Source: Myxococcales bacterium (GTDB lineage Bacteria > Desulfobacterota > Binatia > HRBIN30). Taken from it: a DNA stretch of 64,000 bases. The position numbers and the translations under genes are program-made. Location of the stretch: assembly GCA_037445065.1 (NCBI GenBank), contig JBBILD010000011.1:42633-106632 (forward strand). The letters are read 5' to 3'. The notes below the pieces were generated by a model. That model searched no databases. It was not told where the DNA came from and saw nothing but the letters and a program-made list of their open reading frames with translations. The stretch's first letter is position 1; each line of letters starts with the position of its first letter. Below, one piece after another: positions 33,042 to 43,129 of this stretch.

Positions 33042-34250
33042 CTAGCGAGAAGTGGCGCCGTGCGCTTCGGCGAGCGCGATGGCGCGCTGTAAGTCGCCTG
33101 CGTTCAACGCGCCACGTACGAGCCGCCCGTTGATAAATAAGGTAGGCGTGGAGTTTACGCCCAGTTCTGCGCCGAGGCGGCTGTCGTCTTGCACACGCTG
33201 GCGCACTGCCGGGTCCTCGAGGCACGACTCGAAGCGGGGTACGTCGAGGCCGAGGTCGCGCGCCAAGCGAGAAAACAAGTCCCCATGGAGCTGGCGCTGG
33301 TGGGCAAACAGAAGGTCGTGGTACTCCCAGAATTTACCTTGCTGGCCGGCGCACTCGGCTGCAACTGCTGCACGACAAGCCATGGAATGAAACGGAGACG
33401 CCACTGCGGGGTTGCATTCTGAATTCAAAGGGAAATGCCGGAAGAGCACGCGCAAGCGGCGAGGTTCACGCCGCCAAACTTCGTCCACGACTCGGTGAAA
33501 GTTTTTGCAATGCGCGCACTCGAAGTCGGAGAACTCTACGATCACTACGGGAGCATCTGGGCGGCCTCGCTGATTGCGGCCATCTAGAGGTACTGAGACC
33601 AGCGGCTGAGAAGTGAACCAATGAGAAAAGCGGGGGTCGCTTTGCAGGCTACCAGTGGGGTTCCGGCCCCGGCTGATCTCCCACCCGAGCGCCAGTGCAA
33701 GCACACCGAGCAGGGCAACTGCGGCTGCGAGCATGCCCCGGTCGAGCCCGCGGCTCTGTGCGAGCCCACGCTGGTAGCTGGGAATCAGGCCCCGCCGTAG
33801 CCACCCGGCGGTAAGGAAGTTGAGGACCGCGACCACGTAGAGACCTGAGCACACGAGACACACGGTGTGCAGGAACCACAGGGCAACAACCGCCATGTAA
33901 ACGGAGAACGCAAGGCCGCCCGTTGTGCCGAGTAAAAACGCGTTCGCGAGTGCACGCCGCCGCGCGGCGTGCTCCGTGCGCGCAACCAGCGCCGAGAGCA
34001 CCACCAGGGCCCCGTAAAACACCAGTCCGAGGAGGGAGACAGAGATCCCCCAGAAGGAAGCCCACGGGCTAGTCAACACTACGTCGCAGTTGACGCTGCT
34101 GTTGATGTTGCAGAAGCTCGTGTACGAGGCGTTGCTACTCAGTTCGCGGTGGAGTCGCTCGGCAATGCCGCTCAGCACAAACCCGCAAGCGCTAATGCCA
34201 CAAGCCAGCCACGCCCTCGCGCTCGGGGAAAACCTCATTTTGCCATCCAC
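33042..34250 (-). CDS. VKOR-family disulfide-bond formation protein fused to a DsbA-like thioredoxin domain
   Basis: CNINSSVNCDVV loop cysteines, CLVC active site and TM helices, followed by EFSDFECAHC, HFPL and GVNSTPTLFING. Confidence 0.9.
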   Translation of the reverse strand: MDGKMRFSPSARAWLACGISACGFVLSGIAERLHRELSSNASYTSFCNINSSVNCDVVLTSPWASFWGISVSLLGLVFYGALVVLSALVARTEHAARRRALANAFLLGTTGGLAFSVYMAVVALWFLHTVCLVCSGLYVVAVLNFLTAGWLRRGLIPSYQRGLAQSRGLDRGMLAAAVALLGVLALALGWEISRGRNPTGSLQSDPRFSHWFTSQPLVSVPLDGRNQRGRPDAPVVIVEFSDFECAHCKNFHRVVDEVWRREPRRLRVLFRHFPLNSECNPAVASPFHSMACRAAVAAECAGQQGKFWEYHDLLFAHQRQLHGDLFSRLARDLGLDVPRFESCLEDPAVRQRVQDDSRLGAELGVNSTPTLFINGRLVRGALNAGDLQRAIALAEAHGATSR

Positions 34251-34307
34251 CGCACCTTGGTTGTCGAAAGCGAACCTTGCACTCTTTCGCGACTCTGGTC
34301 TGCCCGG

Positions 34308-35195
34308 TCAAGACTGTTCCCCGCGGCGGCGCAGGACACGCAGGTACGCCCAGCCCTTGGGGAGCCGGTATTCGATCAGGGCGAGTGCCTGCCCCTCCCG
34401 GTCGGTCAGCAGCGCGGTTTCCCCGCTGCTTGCCGAGGGCAACCGGCGTAACAGCGCTAGATCTCCCCGCTCGGCGCGGGCCAGCTCAGCTGCGCTGAGC
34501 GGGAACTTCCTCAGATGGCGCAACGCCCGCTCGATCGGCACGAAGGGCAGGGCAGGTGCGGGACCTTCCAGTGCCGACAAGGGAACTGCCTGCGCGATCG
34601 AAAATGGGCCAAACCGCGTACGGCGCAATTCGAGGAGATGCGCGACCGTGCCCAGAGCTTCTCCGATCTCTTCAGCAAGGACGCGGACATACGTGCCTTT
34701 AGAGCAAGTGACGCAGAAACGGAGAGTGTCCGCCGCTTCTACTTCCAAAGCCTCGAATGTGACGTGGATCCAGCGCGGCTCGCGCTCGACCGTGATGCCC
34801 TTGCGGGCCAGTTTGTAAAGAGGCGTGCCTTCGCGTTTCAGCGCGGAGTACATCGGCGGTATCTGCAACCGCCTGCCACCCAGTTGCTCCCTGACAGCTT
34901 CTAGGCGCTGGCTCAGGCCTTCGGGAACGGGCTTTTCTGCAACCACCTGACCGGTGGGGTCGCCGGTGTCTGTTTGGACCCCGAGTCGGATTCGGCCTTC
35001 GTATTGCTTGTCCGCCGCGACTAACAGGCGAGCGATCTTGGTCGCTTCACCCAGGCAGAGGGGGAGGACACCTGAAGCGAATGGGTCGAGGGTTCCCAGG
35101 TGACCTGCTTTTGTTTTGAGCGCGCGTTTTGCCAGATCGACTACGTCAGCCGAGGTCGGCCCCGGCGGCTTGTCGATCACGAGGATGCCTTCCAT
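34308..35195 (-). CDS. truB: tRNA pseudouridine(55) synthase
   Basis: DKPPGPTS, GHLGTLDPFASG, QIPPMYSALK and CSKGTYVR motifs; follows rbfA. Confidence 0.96.
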   Translation of the reverse strand: MEGILVIDKPPGPTSADVVDLAKRALKTKAGHLGTLDPFASGVLPLCLGEATKIARLLVAADKQYEGRIRLGVQTDTGDPTGQVVAEKPVPEGLSQRLEAVREQLGGRRLQIPPMYSALKREGTPLYKLARKGITVEREPRWIHVTFEALEVEAADTLRFCVTCSKGTYVRVLAEEIGEALGTVAHLLELRRTRFGPFSIAQAVPLSALEGPAPALPFVPIERALRHLRKFPLSAAELARAERGDLALLRRLPSASSGETALLTDREGQALALIEYRLPKGWAYLRVLRRRGEQS

Positions 35196-35210
35196 AGCAA
35201 TCAGCAACGA

Positions 35211-35567
35211 TCAGAACCCGCCGGCTGGTGGCTTCCCTCCGGCCTGTCGTGGCGAAGGGTCTAGAGGTTCGAAGCTCGGATCGAGCCGGAAGTCGAGCAC
35301 TGGGACCTTGCGTAAGTGCAAGGTCTGGCCGAGCTTGGTGCGCAAGAACCCACCCGCACTGCGCAATCCGCGGAGGCAGCGCTCTTGAGCCTGCGCGTCG
35401 CCGATGCAGTGAACGTAAATCTTGGCGTGCGACAGATCGGCCGACAGCCGCACGGCGGAGATCGTGACCATCCCGATGCGCGGGTCTTTCACCTCGCGGA
35501 GAAGTAGCTCCACGATGGCTTCGCGCAGCATCTCGCCGAGGCGCAAAGTACGGCGTTCCGATGACAT
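35211..35567 (-). CDS. rbfA: Ribosome-binding factor A
   Basis: VKDPRI, LSADLSHAKIY, LRKVPVLDF; infB operon context. Confidence 0.93.
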   Translation of the reverse strand: MSSERRTLRLGEMLREAIVELLLREVKDPRIGMVTISAVRLSADLSHAKIYVHCIGDAQAQERCLRGLRSAGGFLRTKLGQTLHLRKVPVLDFRLDPSFEPLDPSPRQAGGKPPAGGF

Positions 35568-35582
35568 GGGTCTACCAGAACC

Positions 35583-35870
35583 TCAAACGTGGAGGATTTC
35601 GATTTCTTCTTCACCGAGCTGCGCCAAGTGCAACTCCTCAATAAAGCGAACCACCTGCCGCAGGGCTGCATCTACGTCGCTGGCATCCGTTCCCACCCGG
35701 CTAAAGCCGAGCACGGCGCGCTGCCAGAGGTCGTGCGCGTCGCATTCTGCCACCGAAACATTGAACGTGTTGCCGACTCGAGACTTGATTTTATTCAGAA
35801 TGCCCCGCTTGCCTTTGAGGCTGTGATTTTCCGGCAGGTACAGGGTCAGTTTGAGGACGCCCACCACCAT
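35583..35870 (-). CDS. DUF503/YlxP-family protein
   Basis: HSLKGKR, FNVSVAE, DLWQRA; located between infB and rbfA. Confidence 0.9.
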   Translation of the reverse strand: MVVGVLKLTLYLPENHSLKGKRGILNKIKSRVGNTFNVSVAECDAHDLWQRAVLGFSRVGTDASDVDAALRQVVRFIEELHLAQLGEEEIEILHV

Positions 35871-35924
35871 CTGTTTACGCCTCGCTGGTTGGTGACGAGA
35901 ACGAGATGAACCGCGCCCGGCGGA

Positions 35925-38756
35925 TCACGCCCGGCGTTCCACCGCGGCCGCTGGGCGGGGAGAGGTTCCGAGCCGGGCGGCAACTTCCTGAATCTCGAAT
36001 ACTTCGATCAAGTCGCCGACTTTGATGTCTTGAAAGTTCTCCAGCCCAATTCCGCACTCGTACCCGGCGGCGACTTCGCGAACGTCTTCCTTGAAACGGC
36101 GCAAGCTGGCAATCCGGCCGGTGTAGACCACAACGTGATCGCGGATCAGCCGAGCCTGGGCGTTGCGCAAGATTTTGCCTTCCGTGACCATACAACCGGC
36201 CACCGTCCCCGCACTCGGGATCCGAAAGACTTCTCGCACTTCCGCTTGCCCGAGTCGCTTTTCGACTTTCTCCGGTTCCAGTAGCCCTTCCATGGCGTCG
36301 CGGACGTCGTTGATGACGTCGTAAATCACGTTGTACAGCCGGATCTGCACGCCTTCGCGCTCTGCCGCCTCGCTGGCCTTGCTCTCGGGGCGAACGTTGA
36401 AGCCAATGACCACCGCCTGAGATGCGGAGGCCAGCATGACGTCGGTCTCGGTAATCCCCCCGACACTCGCGTGCAGGATCTTGAGGCCGACCTCAGGCGT
36501 CGAGAGGCGCGATAAGGCTTCGCACAGCGCTTCGACCGAGCCGTGAACGTCCGCTTTCAGCACCACGGCCAACTCGCGCACTTCGCCAGCGAGGGCACGG
36601 CGGTGGATATCTTCGAGAGTGACTTTTCCACCCTTCGAGGCGAGGCTTTCTTCTCGTTGTTTCTCCCGTAGCGATTCCGCGATTTGCCGAGCACGAGCCT
36701 CGTCTTGGACTACCACAAAATAGACTCCTGCCTCTGGAACACCATCCAGCCCGAGGATCTCTACTGGGGTCGAGGGGCCGGCTTCTTTAACCCGTTCTCC
36801 CCGGTCGTTGATCATTGCCCGCACGCGGCCGTAGTACGGCCCGCAGACAAAGGTGTCGCCCACCCGCAGCGTGCCCTCTTTGACCAGCACCGTGGCAACC
36901 GGCCCGCGGCCGCGTTCCAGTTTCGCTTCCACGATCGTGCCACGCGCGGCTTTGTTGGGGTTCGCTTTCAGTTCCAAAAGCTCCGCACGGAGCAAAATCA
37001 TTTCCAATAACTCTTGGATGCCCTGGCCAGTCTTGGCCGAGACAGGGACCACGCTGGTATCCCCGCCCCACTCCTCAGGAGTGAGTCCAAGGCGCCCGAG
37101 TTCGGTTTTCACCCGCTCGACGTTGGCCTCGGGCTTGTCGATTTTGGTGATGGCGACGATGATGGGCACGTCGGCCGCGCGGGCATGGTTGATGGCTTCC
37201 TCCGTCTGCGGCATGACGCCGTCATCCGCGGCCACGACGAGAACGACCAAGTCCGTTACTTTGGCTCCCCGTGCGCGCATGGCGGTAAACGCTTCGTGTC
37301 CGGGGGTATCTAAAAAGGTGATCTTTTGCCCGCCTACGTCCACTGAGTAGGCACCGATGTGCTGCGTGATGCCACCGGCCTCCTGGGCTGTCACGTTCGT
37401 CTTGCGAATGGCGTCGAGCAGCGAGGTTTTCCCGTGGTCAACGTGGCCCATGACCGTCACGACCGGAGGTCGCGGGAGCAGGTCCTCTGGCCGGTCTGGT
37501 TGCGAAGCAGCTTCCTTCTCGAGTTCTTGCTCAGCATCGAAGACCACGTTTTCGAGGGTGAACCCGAACTCACTGGCGGCAATCGCAGCCGTGTCAAAGT
37601 CGAGGGTATCCGGCGCCTTTGCCGGTGCTCCTAGTTCGAGCAGCTTGGCAACGAGTTCCTGGACCCGAATGCTCATCAGCCGTGCCAGGTCCTGCACGGT
37701 GATCGCGCCGTGGATGCGCAACACGCGGCGAGCGGCTCGGGGAACCGTAATTTCGGTCTTGCGTATTTCGGCGCCCGGGGCCGGTTTTTTCTTCTTTGGG
37801 GTCTTGAACCGCCTGCGCTCGCTTTCCGGGCCTTCGCCTAAATCCGCCTTCTCAAAAACTTGTTTTTTGGACTTCTTGCGCGGTCGCTCCCCGACCGGAG
37901 GAGGAGGTGCCAAGGGGGGGAAGGCCGGGGCACCGCCATCCCGAGCCGTGACGCGGTCCCGCGCTCCGCGTTCCCGGTTCCCGGGAGCGCCGGGCAAGTC
38001 GCGCAAATTGATTTTTCCGAGGACCTTGGGCCCGCGCCGCGGAGCCTCCTCGGACGCAATGCCCGGTCCAGCCCCTGCCCCCGGTACTGCAGCTTCGTTT
38101 GATGGCGCGACCACTTCTCCCGCTCGGACTTCGAGTCGGGATCCTGCTTCTCCAGCGAGCCGCACTCCTGCGGGGGCGGCTTGCGGTGCTGCGGGTTGTG
38201 CAGGTGCCTTGCTGGTGGCTTCCGGTTCGGCTTCTGCGCCGGACGGGCGCGCCGCTTGCTCCGGCAAAACAGGGGGAGCGGGCTCTGGGGCGAGGGTTGG
38301 GGCCTCGATTGGTGCTTCGACAAGCACACCAGTTTCCAGTCCCGGCAAGGGCTCGAGTGCGTCCGGAAGGGGCTCCGGACCGGAGAGTGGCGAAGCCACC
38401 GGGGCGGCAATGTCACCCGATGTCGGCGGAGAAGTGAGGGCGGGACGAGCGCTACCCGTGCTGGCTGGGCTTGATGCCTGCGCGGCAGAACGGCGCACGA
38501 TGACGTTTGGCCGTACCCTGCGCTCTACCCGGGTTTGGCCCGCACTGTCCGTGACCACTCGTTCGTCTCCCACGATACTCGCAGTGCGGTCCGCCTGCCC
38601 GATCCCGAGTTCTTGCGCGATCTGCGCCGCTTCCGCCTCGTTCAGGGAGCTGGCCGCTTTCTTCTCACCAATGCCCACACGCCGAGCGGCATCGATCACT
38701 TGTTTTACATCGACGCCCCAGTCCTGGGCAAAATCCCGCACGCGTTTTCCTGCCAT
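35925..38756 (-). CDS. infB: Translation initiation factor IF-2
   Basis: [31 protein letters not shown]; long Pro/Ala-rich N-terminal region. Confidence 0.98.
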   Translation of the reverse strand: MAGKRVRDFAQDWGVDVKQVIDAARRVGIGEKKAASSLNEAEAAQIAQELGIGQADRTASIVGDERVVTDSAGQTRVERRVRPNVIVRRSAAQASSPASTGSARPALTSPPTSGDIAAPVASPLSGPEPLPDALEPLPGLETGVLVEAPIEAPTLAPEPAPPVLPEQAARPSGAEAEPEATSKAPAQPAAPQAAPAGVRLAGEAGSRLEVRAGEVVAPSNEAAVPGAGAGPGIASEEAPRRGPKVLGKINLRDLPGAPGNRERGARDRVTARDGGAPAFPPLAPPPPVGERPRKKSKKQVFEKADLGEGPESERRRFKTPKKKKPAPGAEIRKTEITVPRAARRVLRIHGAITVQDLARLMSIRVQELVAKLLELGAPAKAPDTLDFDTAAIAASEFGFTLENVVFDAEQELEKEAASQPDRPEDLLPRPPVVTVMGHVDHGKTSLLDAIRKTNVTAQEAGGITQHIGAYSVDVGGQKITFLDTPGHEAFTAMRARGAKVTDLVVLVVAADDGVMPQTEEAINHARAADVPIIVAITKIDKPEANVERVKTELGRLGLTPEEWGGDTSVVPVSAKTGQGIQELLEMILLRAELLELKANPNKAARGTIVEAKLERGRGPVATVLVKEGTLRVGDTFVCGPYYGRVRAMINDRGERVKEAGPSTPVEILGLDGVPEAGVYFVVVQDEARARQIAESLREKQREESLASKGGKVTLEDIHRRALAGEVRELAVVLKADVHGSVEALCEALSRLSTPEVGLKILHASVGGITETDVMLASASQAVVIGFNVRPESKASEAAEREGVQIRLYNVIYDVINDVRDAMEGLLEPEKVEKRLGQAEVREVFRIPSAGTVAGCMVTEGKILRNAQARLIRDHVVVYTGRIASLRRFKEDVREVAAGYECGIGLENFQDIKVGDLIEVFEIQEVAARLGTSPRPAAAVERRA

Positions 38757-38771
38757 AAGTGGATCCGTACC

Positions 38772-39071
38772 TTAGCACATGCCTTTCGTAGCGCGATCGC
38801 TGGTCTCATAACTCAGCCGAATCTGCAACCTTTGCTCGCGGTTGAGAGCGTGGCGCAGCGAGGGAATGCGTCCCTTCCGCCGCAAAAACAGTTCCCAGCA
38901 CTCCTCCCGTGGATGAATGTAAGCGCTGCGGCCCGTCGCCGCCCCAGTCTTGAGGATCGGACTTCCCTCTGCCGTGATGCCAAAGCGGATCATCTCGGCT
39001 TGCGGGCTGCGCCCGCCGCACCCTACGCACAGGCGGATCGGAATGTGTGGTGGTTTTCGAGGTGTACCCAT
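38772..39071 (-). CDS. YlxR/DUF448-family protein
   Basis: PIRLCVGC and GRSAYIHP motifs; located between nusA and infB. Confidence 0.85.
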   Translation of the reverse strand: MGTPRKPPHIPIRLCVGCGGRSPQAEMIRFGITAEGSPILKTGAATGRSAYIHPREECWELFLRRKGRIPSLRHALNREQRLQIRLSYETSDRATKGMC

Positions 39072-39083
39072 CCAATACTCGGC

Positions 39084-40448
39084 TCAGGAACTCGATGGTT
39101 CGGCAGAAGAATCGCCGGGAGCGCTACCTGCTTCGGCCTGCGACCCAGCGAGTGCGAGTGCCTCGGTCGAAGGACTCGGTTCCTCACTCGGCTGGTGTGC
39201 CTCCGCTTCCTTTTGCGCCACAAAGGCACGCGCTGCGTTGAGAATCTGGCGAGCCCGGGCGCGTCCAATACCCTCGATCTCGGCCAAGGTTTCTTCGTCG
39301 AACTGGGCAAGTTCTTCCGGGCTCGCGATCCCTTCATCGAAGAGCCGGTCGGCGGTGGCGGCATCGATACCAGGGACCGCCATGAGTGCTTCGCGCGCAT
39401 CTTGCGCTTCTTTTGCGGCCTCCGACTCGCTTTTGACGGTGAGGTCGTAGCCCGTGAGCTTGGCCGCAAGGCGAACGTTTTGTCCGCGACGCCCAATGGC
39501 CTGGGCAAGTTCTTCGTCCGGTACGACGATTTCCATTTTCCTTGCGTCCTCGTCCAGCACGATGCGGCTGACCTTGGCCGGGGCCAGGGCACGCCGGACG
39601 AATTCTACCGGGTGGGGATCCCAAGCGATCACGTCAATCCGTTCTCCGCGCAACTCTTGCGTAATGGACTGCACACGGGTCCCACGCATGCCCACACACG
39701 CGCCGACCGGGTCCACGTCAGGGTCTTTGGAGGTAACGGCAACTTTTGCACGCGAGCCAGGTTCACGCGCCGCTGCTTTGATTTCCACGATTCCCTGGGA
39801 CACCTCGGGCACTTCCTGTTCGAACAGTTTGATCAAAAAGCCCGGGTGCGTGCGAGAGAGGATGATTTCCGGACCTTGGCTGGCCATCTCCACACGGAGG
39901 ATGTAGGCACGGATGTGATCGCCTGGCCGGTAGCGCTCGCGCGGAATCTGCTCTTCCTCGGGCAGGATGGCCTCGGTGCGCCCGAGATTGACGACAATCT
40001 TGCGGCGGTCGGAGCGAGCAACGGTGCCAGAGTGAATTAGCTGTCCTTCCCGCGCTTTGAACTCGTTGTAAATGATTTGCTTCTCTAGGTCGCGGATGCG
40101 TTGGCCGAGCTGCTGGCGAACCATTTGCGCTGCGATGCGGGTGCGCTCCATCTCGATCCGCTCGAGCAACTCGTCCCCGAGTTGCGCTTCCGGATCGAAT
40201 TCTTCCCGCGCCTGCTGTAAGGAAATCTCTCGGTTCGGATCCTGTACTTGCTCGACCACTGTCAGCACGCGGAATAGTTCCACTTCGCCGAGTTCGGGGT
40301 TGTATTTTGCCTCGAGCCGGTATCCTTCCGGGAGCCGTTTGCGCTCCGCCGCTAAGTAGGCCTGCTCCACGGCTTCGATCACCAAGTCCCGAGCAATGCC
40401 CCGCTCGCGGCTTACCTGATCGATCATGCGGCTCAATTCCGTTGCCAT
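39084..40448 (-). CDS. nusA: Transcription factor NusA
   Basis: S1/KH motifs LSRTHP, AREPGSRAK, DPVGACVGMRG, AIGRRGQNVRLA; C-terminal HhH-like region. Confidence 0.97.
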   Translation of the reverse strand: MATELSRMIDQVSRERGIARDLVIEAVEQAYLAAERKRLPEGYRLEAKYNPELGEVELFRVLTVVEQVQDPNREISLQQAREEFDPEAQLGDELLERIEMERTRIAAQMVRQQLGQRIRDLEKQIIYNEFKAREGQLIHSGTVARSDRRKIVVNLGRTEAILPEEEQIPRERYRPGDHIRAYILRVEMASQGPEIILSRTHPGFLIKLFEQEVPEVSQGIVEIKAAAREPGSRAKVAVTSKDPDVDPVGACVGMRGTRVQSITQELRGERIDVIAWDPHPVEFVRRALAPAKVSRIVLDEDARKMEIVVPDEELAQAIGRRGQNVRLAAKLTGYDLTVKSESEAAKEAQDAREALMAVPGIDAATADRLFDEGIASPEELAQFDEETLAEIEGIGRARARQILNAARAFVAQKEAEAHQPSEEPSPSTEALALAGSQAEAGSAPGDSSAEPSSS

Positions 40449-40452
40449 GGCA

Positions 40453-40962
40453 TCACCTCTTTCCCTTGCCTTCGTGGGCGCGCATCCCTTCAGGCCAGGC
40501 CGGGTCGGACTCCAAGTTTGCCTGTGCGATTTGATCGAAGGGGATTTGCGTTTCGGTCTCTCCCTCCCGCACCGAGATGCTGCGCAGGTCTACGCCGGTC
40601 AGTTCCCCAGTGAAGGCTTTTCTCCCAGCGATCGGCACGCTCACTTTGACCCGTACCCGTGCCCCTAGGTAGCGGCGAAAATGCTCGGGTCGCCGTAGTC
40701 GGCGGTTGATCCCTGGGGACGACACTTCCAGCACGTACGCTCCCGGAACCACGTCGTGGACGTCGAGCAAATCGCTCAGTTGGCGGCTGATGACGGTGAG
40801 TTCGTCGAGCGTAACGCCGTGTCCCTCTCGCCGATCGACAAAAAGGCGCAGCACCATGCCGGATCGCTCGCGCCGGTACTCGATGTCAAAGATCTCGAGC
40901 CCCTCGCTCGCTGCCACAGGTTCGGCGATTTCCCACACGCGGGTTGTCACTTCTTCGTACAT
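40453..40962 (-). CDS. rimP: Ribosome maturation factor RimP
   Basis: LRLFVD and YVLEVSSPGINRRL motifs; first gene before nusA; start MYEEV. Confidence 0.93.
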   Translation of the reverse strand: MYEEVTTRVWEIAEPVAASEGLEIFDIEYRRERSGMVLRLFVDRREGHGVTLDELTVISRQLSDLLDVHDVVPGAYVLEVSSPGINRRLRRPEHFRRYLGARVRVKVSVPIAGRKAFTGELTGVDLRSISVREGETETQIPFDQIAQANLESDPAWPEGMRAHEGKGKR

Positions 40963-40976
40963 GGTCAACTTTTCAA

Positions 40977-41006
40977 ACAAAAAAAGTGGGCATATCGGCC
41001 CACTTT
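40977..41006 (-). terminator. rimP leader hairpin / attenuator-like terminator
   Basis: Minus strand AAAGTGGGC-CGATAT-GCCCACTTT plus T-tract, about 15 nt upstream of the rimP start. Confidence 0.75.
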
Positions 41007-41156
41007 CTTGCGCGGCCAAATTCGTGCCGGAGTGCTTAGCACACCCCGGGCGAGCGCCGCAACGATTGCTTCGGGAAAGCACGCACCCAGTCGCGGTCGG
41101 AGGGCCGCGCCTTCTTTGTGGCTTCGAGTCCGCGGCGAAGTTCCGGTCTCTGGAAC

Positions 41157-41648
41157 TCAGGAGTTGCCGAGATCGGTGCGCTCGTGAAGGGTGGTTAGCT
41201 CCACAATCGTGTAAATCCGTAGCCCGCGCGGTGTCTGGACTTCGACCTCCTCGCCTGGAGCACGCCCCATGAGTGCGCGACCGATCGGCGAGTGGATGGA
41301 AATTTTTCCTTGCGAGGCGTCCACTTCCTCGGGCATGACGATTTCGAACATGACGGTGTTCCCATCGTCCACGTCCCGTACCTTGATGACGCTACCATAA
41401 CCCACCACGCCGCGCGGAACCGAAGACAAATCGTACAGGGAAAGTTGCCGAATCCGGGCTTCGAGTTGCGCAATCCGCGCTCGGACGTACTCCTGCCGGT
41501 GTTTGGCAGCGTCGTACTCCGCGTTTTCACTCAGATCGCCGTGGCTCGCCGCCTCTTGCAACTCTTTGGGAATCCTACGGGTCAGTTCGTATTGCAGATC
41601 GGCGAGTTCCTTTTTGAGTTTCTCGATAATCGGCAGTCCATTGGCCAT
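41157..41648 (-). CDS. greA: Transcription elongation factor GreA/GreB family
   Basis: HGDLSENAEYDAAK and KISIHSPIGRALMG motifs. Confidence 0.9.
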   Translation of the reverse strand: MANGLPIIEKLKKELADLQYELTRRIPKELQEAASHGDLSENAEYDAAKHRQEYVRARIAQLEARIRQLSLYDLSSVPRGVVGYGSVIKVRDVDDGNTVMFEIVMPEEVDASQGKISIHSPIGRALMGRAPGEEVEVQTPRGLRIYTIVELTTLHERTDLGNS

Positions 41649-41650
41649 CG

Positions 41651-42850
41651 TTAAATCACCCCGTTTTTTTGGAGTTCCTGCAGGTCCTTGGCGCTGAGCC
41701 CAAGCCAGCTTTCATAAACTTCGCGGTTGTGCGCGCCAAGATGGGGGCCGAGCCATCGGATCGCCGCTGGAGTTCGCGAAAACTGCATGGGTGTTGCAGC
41801 CACCGGGACCTCTCCGAGCGTCTGGTGCTGGATCCACTGGATCCCACCGCGCTCGCGCAGATGCGGATCGCGGAGCAAGTCGCTCATGGTGAGAACCGGG
41901 GCGCAGGGCAAATTGGCGCCCTCAGGCCCGAGCGTGGCGAGCACCTCTTGGACTGTGTGAGAGGCGACCCAGTCTGCCACCACTTGGTGGACCTCGTCGT
42001 GACGTTCCAGGCGGGCTTGCGGGGTTTTGAAGCGCGGGTCGCGCCCAAGTTCTGGTCGCCCAATGGCGGTCATTAAGGCGCGGAACAGTGCGCTGTTGCC
42101 AACCGCAATGACCACCCAGCCGTCTTTGGCACGGAAGCAATCGTAAGGTGCGGTAAACGGGTGCCGGTTGCCCATCCTTTTCGGTTCTTGCCCGGTCATG
42201 CCAGTTATGGTGACCCAATTGTCGGTCATGCTGAGGATGGCCTCCATGTTCGACACGTCAACGAACTGGCCCTCCCCGGTCAGGCGGGCGGAAAACAGCG
42301 CGCAAACGACGCCAAAAGCCGCAAACAGCCCCCCGATGAAGTCTGCAAGCGCACCACCACCACGGGTCGGCGGCGCAGCGGCAAAGCCAGTCAGGCTCAT
42401 CAAGCCCCCCATGGCTTGGGCGATGATGTCGTAAGAAGGTCGCTGGGCGTACGGTCCCGTTTGCCCAAAGCCAGAAAGGGCCGCGTATACGAGCTTGGGG
42501 TTTTCTTGGCGGAGCGAGTCGTAGCCGAGCCCCCAACGGCTCATCGTGCCTGGCGTGAAGTTTTCCACCACCGCGTCCACCTTGGCAGCTAAGCGCCGCG
42601 CCAGTTCTTGCCCTTGGCTGGTACGGAGGTCCAAGGTGATGCACTTCTTGTTCCGGTTCAGCGCTAAGTGGGCGAGCGGCACTCCGTGGAGGGAGGGATA
42701 ACCGTAGCGCCCGTCATCGCCGCGCCCCGGCAGTTCCACTTTGATGACTTCTGCTCCCAAATCGCCCAGCAACATGGTCGCGTAGGGGCCAGCCACCACA
42801 CGGGTAAAATCCAAGATGCGAATGCCGCTCAGCGGACCGGATGGGCGCAT
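41651..42850 (-). CDS. Family III CoA transferase (CaiB/BaiF)
   Basis: PLSGIRILD, AGPYATMLLGDLGAEVIKVE, NRNKK, ENFTPG and SYDIIAQAMGG motifs. Confidence 0.93.
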   Translation of the reverse strand: MRPSGPLSGIRILDFTRVVAGPYATMLLGDLGAEVIKVELPGRGDDGRYGYPSLHGVPLAHLALNRNKKCITLDLRTSQGQELARRLAAKVDAVVENFTPGTMSRWGLGYDSLRQENPKLVYAALSGFGQTGPYAQRPSYDIIAQAMGGLMSLTGFAAAPPTRGGGALADFIGGLFAAFGVVCALFSARLTGEGQFVDVSNMEAILSMTDNWVTITGMTGQEPKRMGNRHPFTAPYDCFRAKDGWVVIAVGNSALFRALMTAIGRPELGRDPRFKTPQARLERHDEVHQVVADWVASHTVQEVLATLGPEGANLPCAPVLTMSDLLRDPHLRERGGIQWIQHQTLGEVPVAATPMQFSRTPAAIRWLGPHLGAHNREVYESWLGLSAKDLQELQKNGVI

Positions 42851-42853
42851 ACG

Positions 42854-43036
42854 TTATTTCTCGTCGCCCAGAAGTTGCTTTGCTTTTTCGTGCGTTTCGT
42901 CGCCCCGGTACTTGGATGCGCTGCCGGAGAGCCAGGACCAGGCCTGACTCCACGCCGTCTCGGAGTGATGGAGATACCAGTACATGAGACCGACCCCAAC
43001 GACGAAGCCCAGTAAGAAGCGCTTGAGGCTGTTCAT
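42854..43036 (-). CDS. Small membrane protein
   Basis: 60 aa with an N-terminal TM (FLLGFVVGVGLMYWY); 3 bp from the CoA-transferase start. Confidence 0.6.
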   Translation of the reverse strand: MNSLKRFLLGFVVGVGLMYWYLHHSETAWSQAWSWLSGSASKYRGDETHEKAKQLLGDEK

Positions 43037-43043
43037 ACGGTTA

Positions 43044-43073
43044 TGGCTACGAGCAGCAACGCGCGCCTGTCAA
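43044..43073 (-). promoter_or_regulatory. Candidate sigma-70 promoter
   Basis: TTGACA-N18-TAGCCA ending 7 nt before ATG 43036. Confidence 0.4.
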
Positions 43074-43129
43074 CGACTTTCTACCCGCGTTCGGTGGCCC
43101 TTACCGCGGCTTCAGGAGTCGTTCGTTCC

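Noticed and set aside
41030..41062. CIRCE-like fragments (GAGTGCTTAGCAC..GAGCGC)
   Set aside because: Wrong spacing, several mismatches, and not upstream of a heat-shock gene
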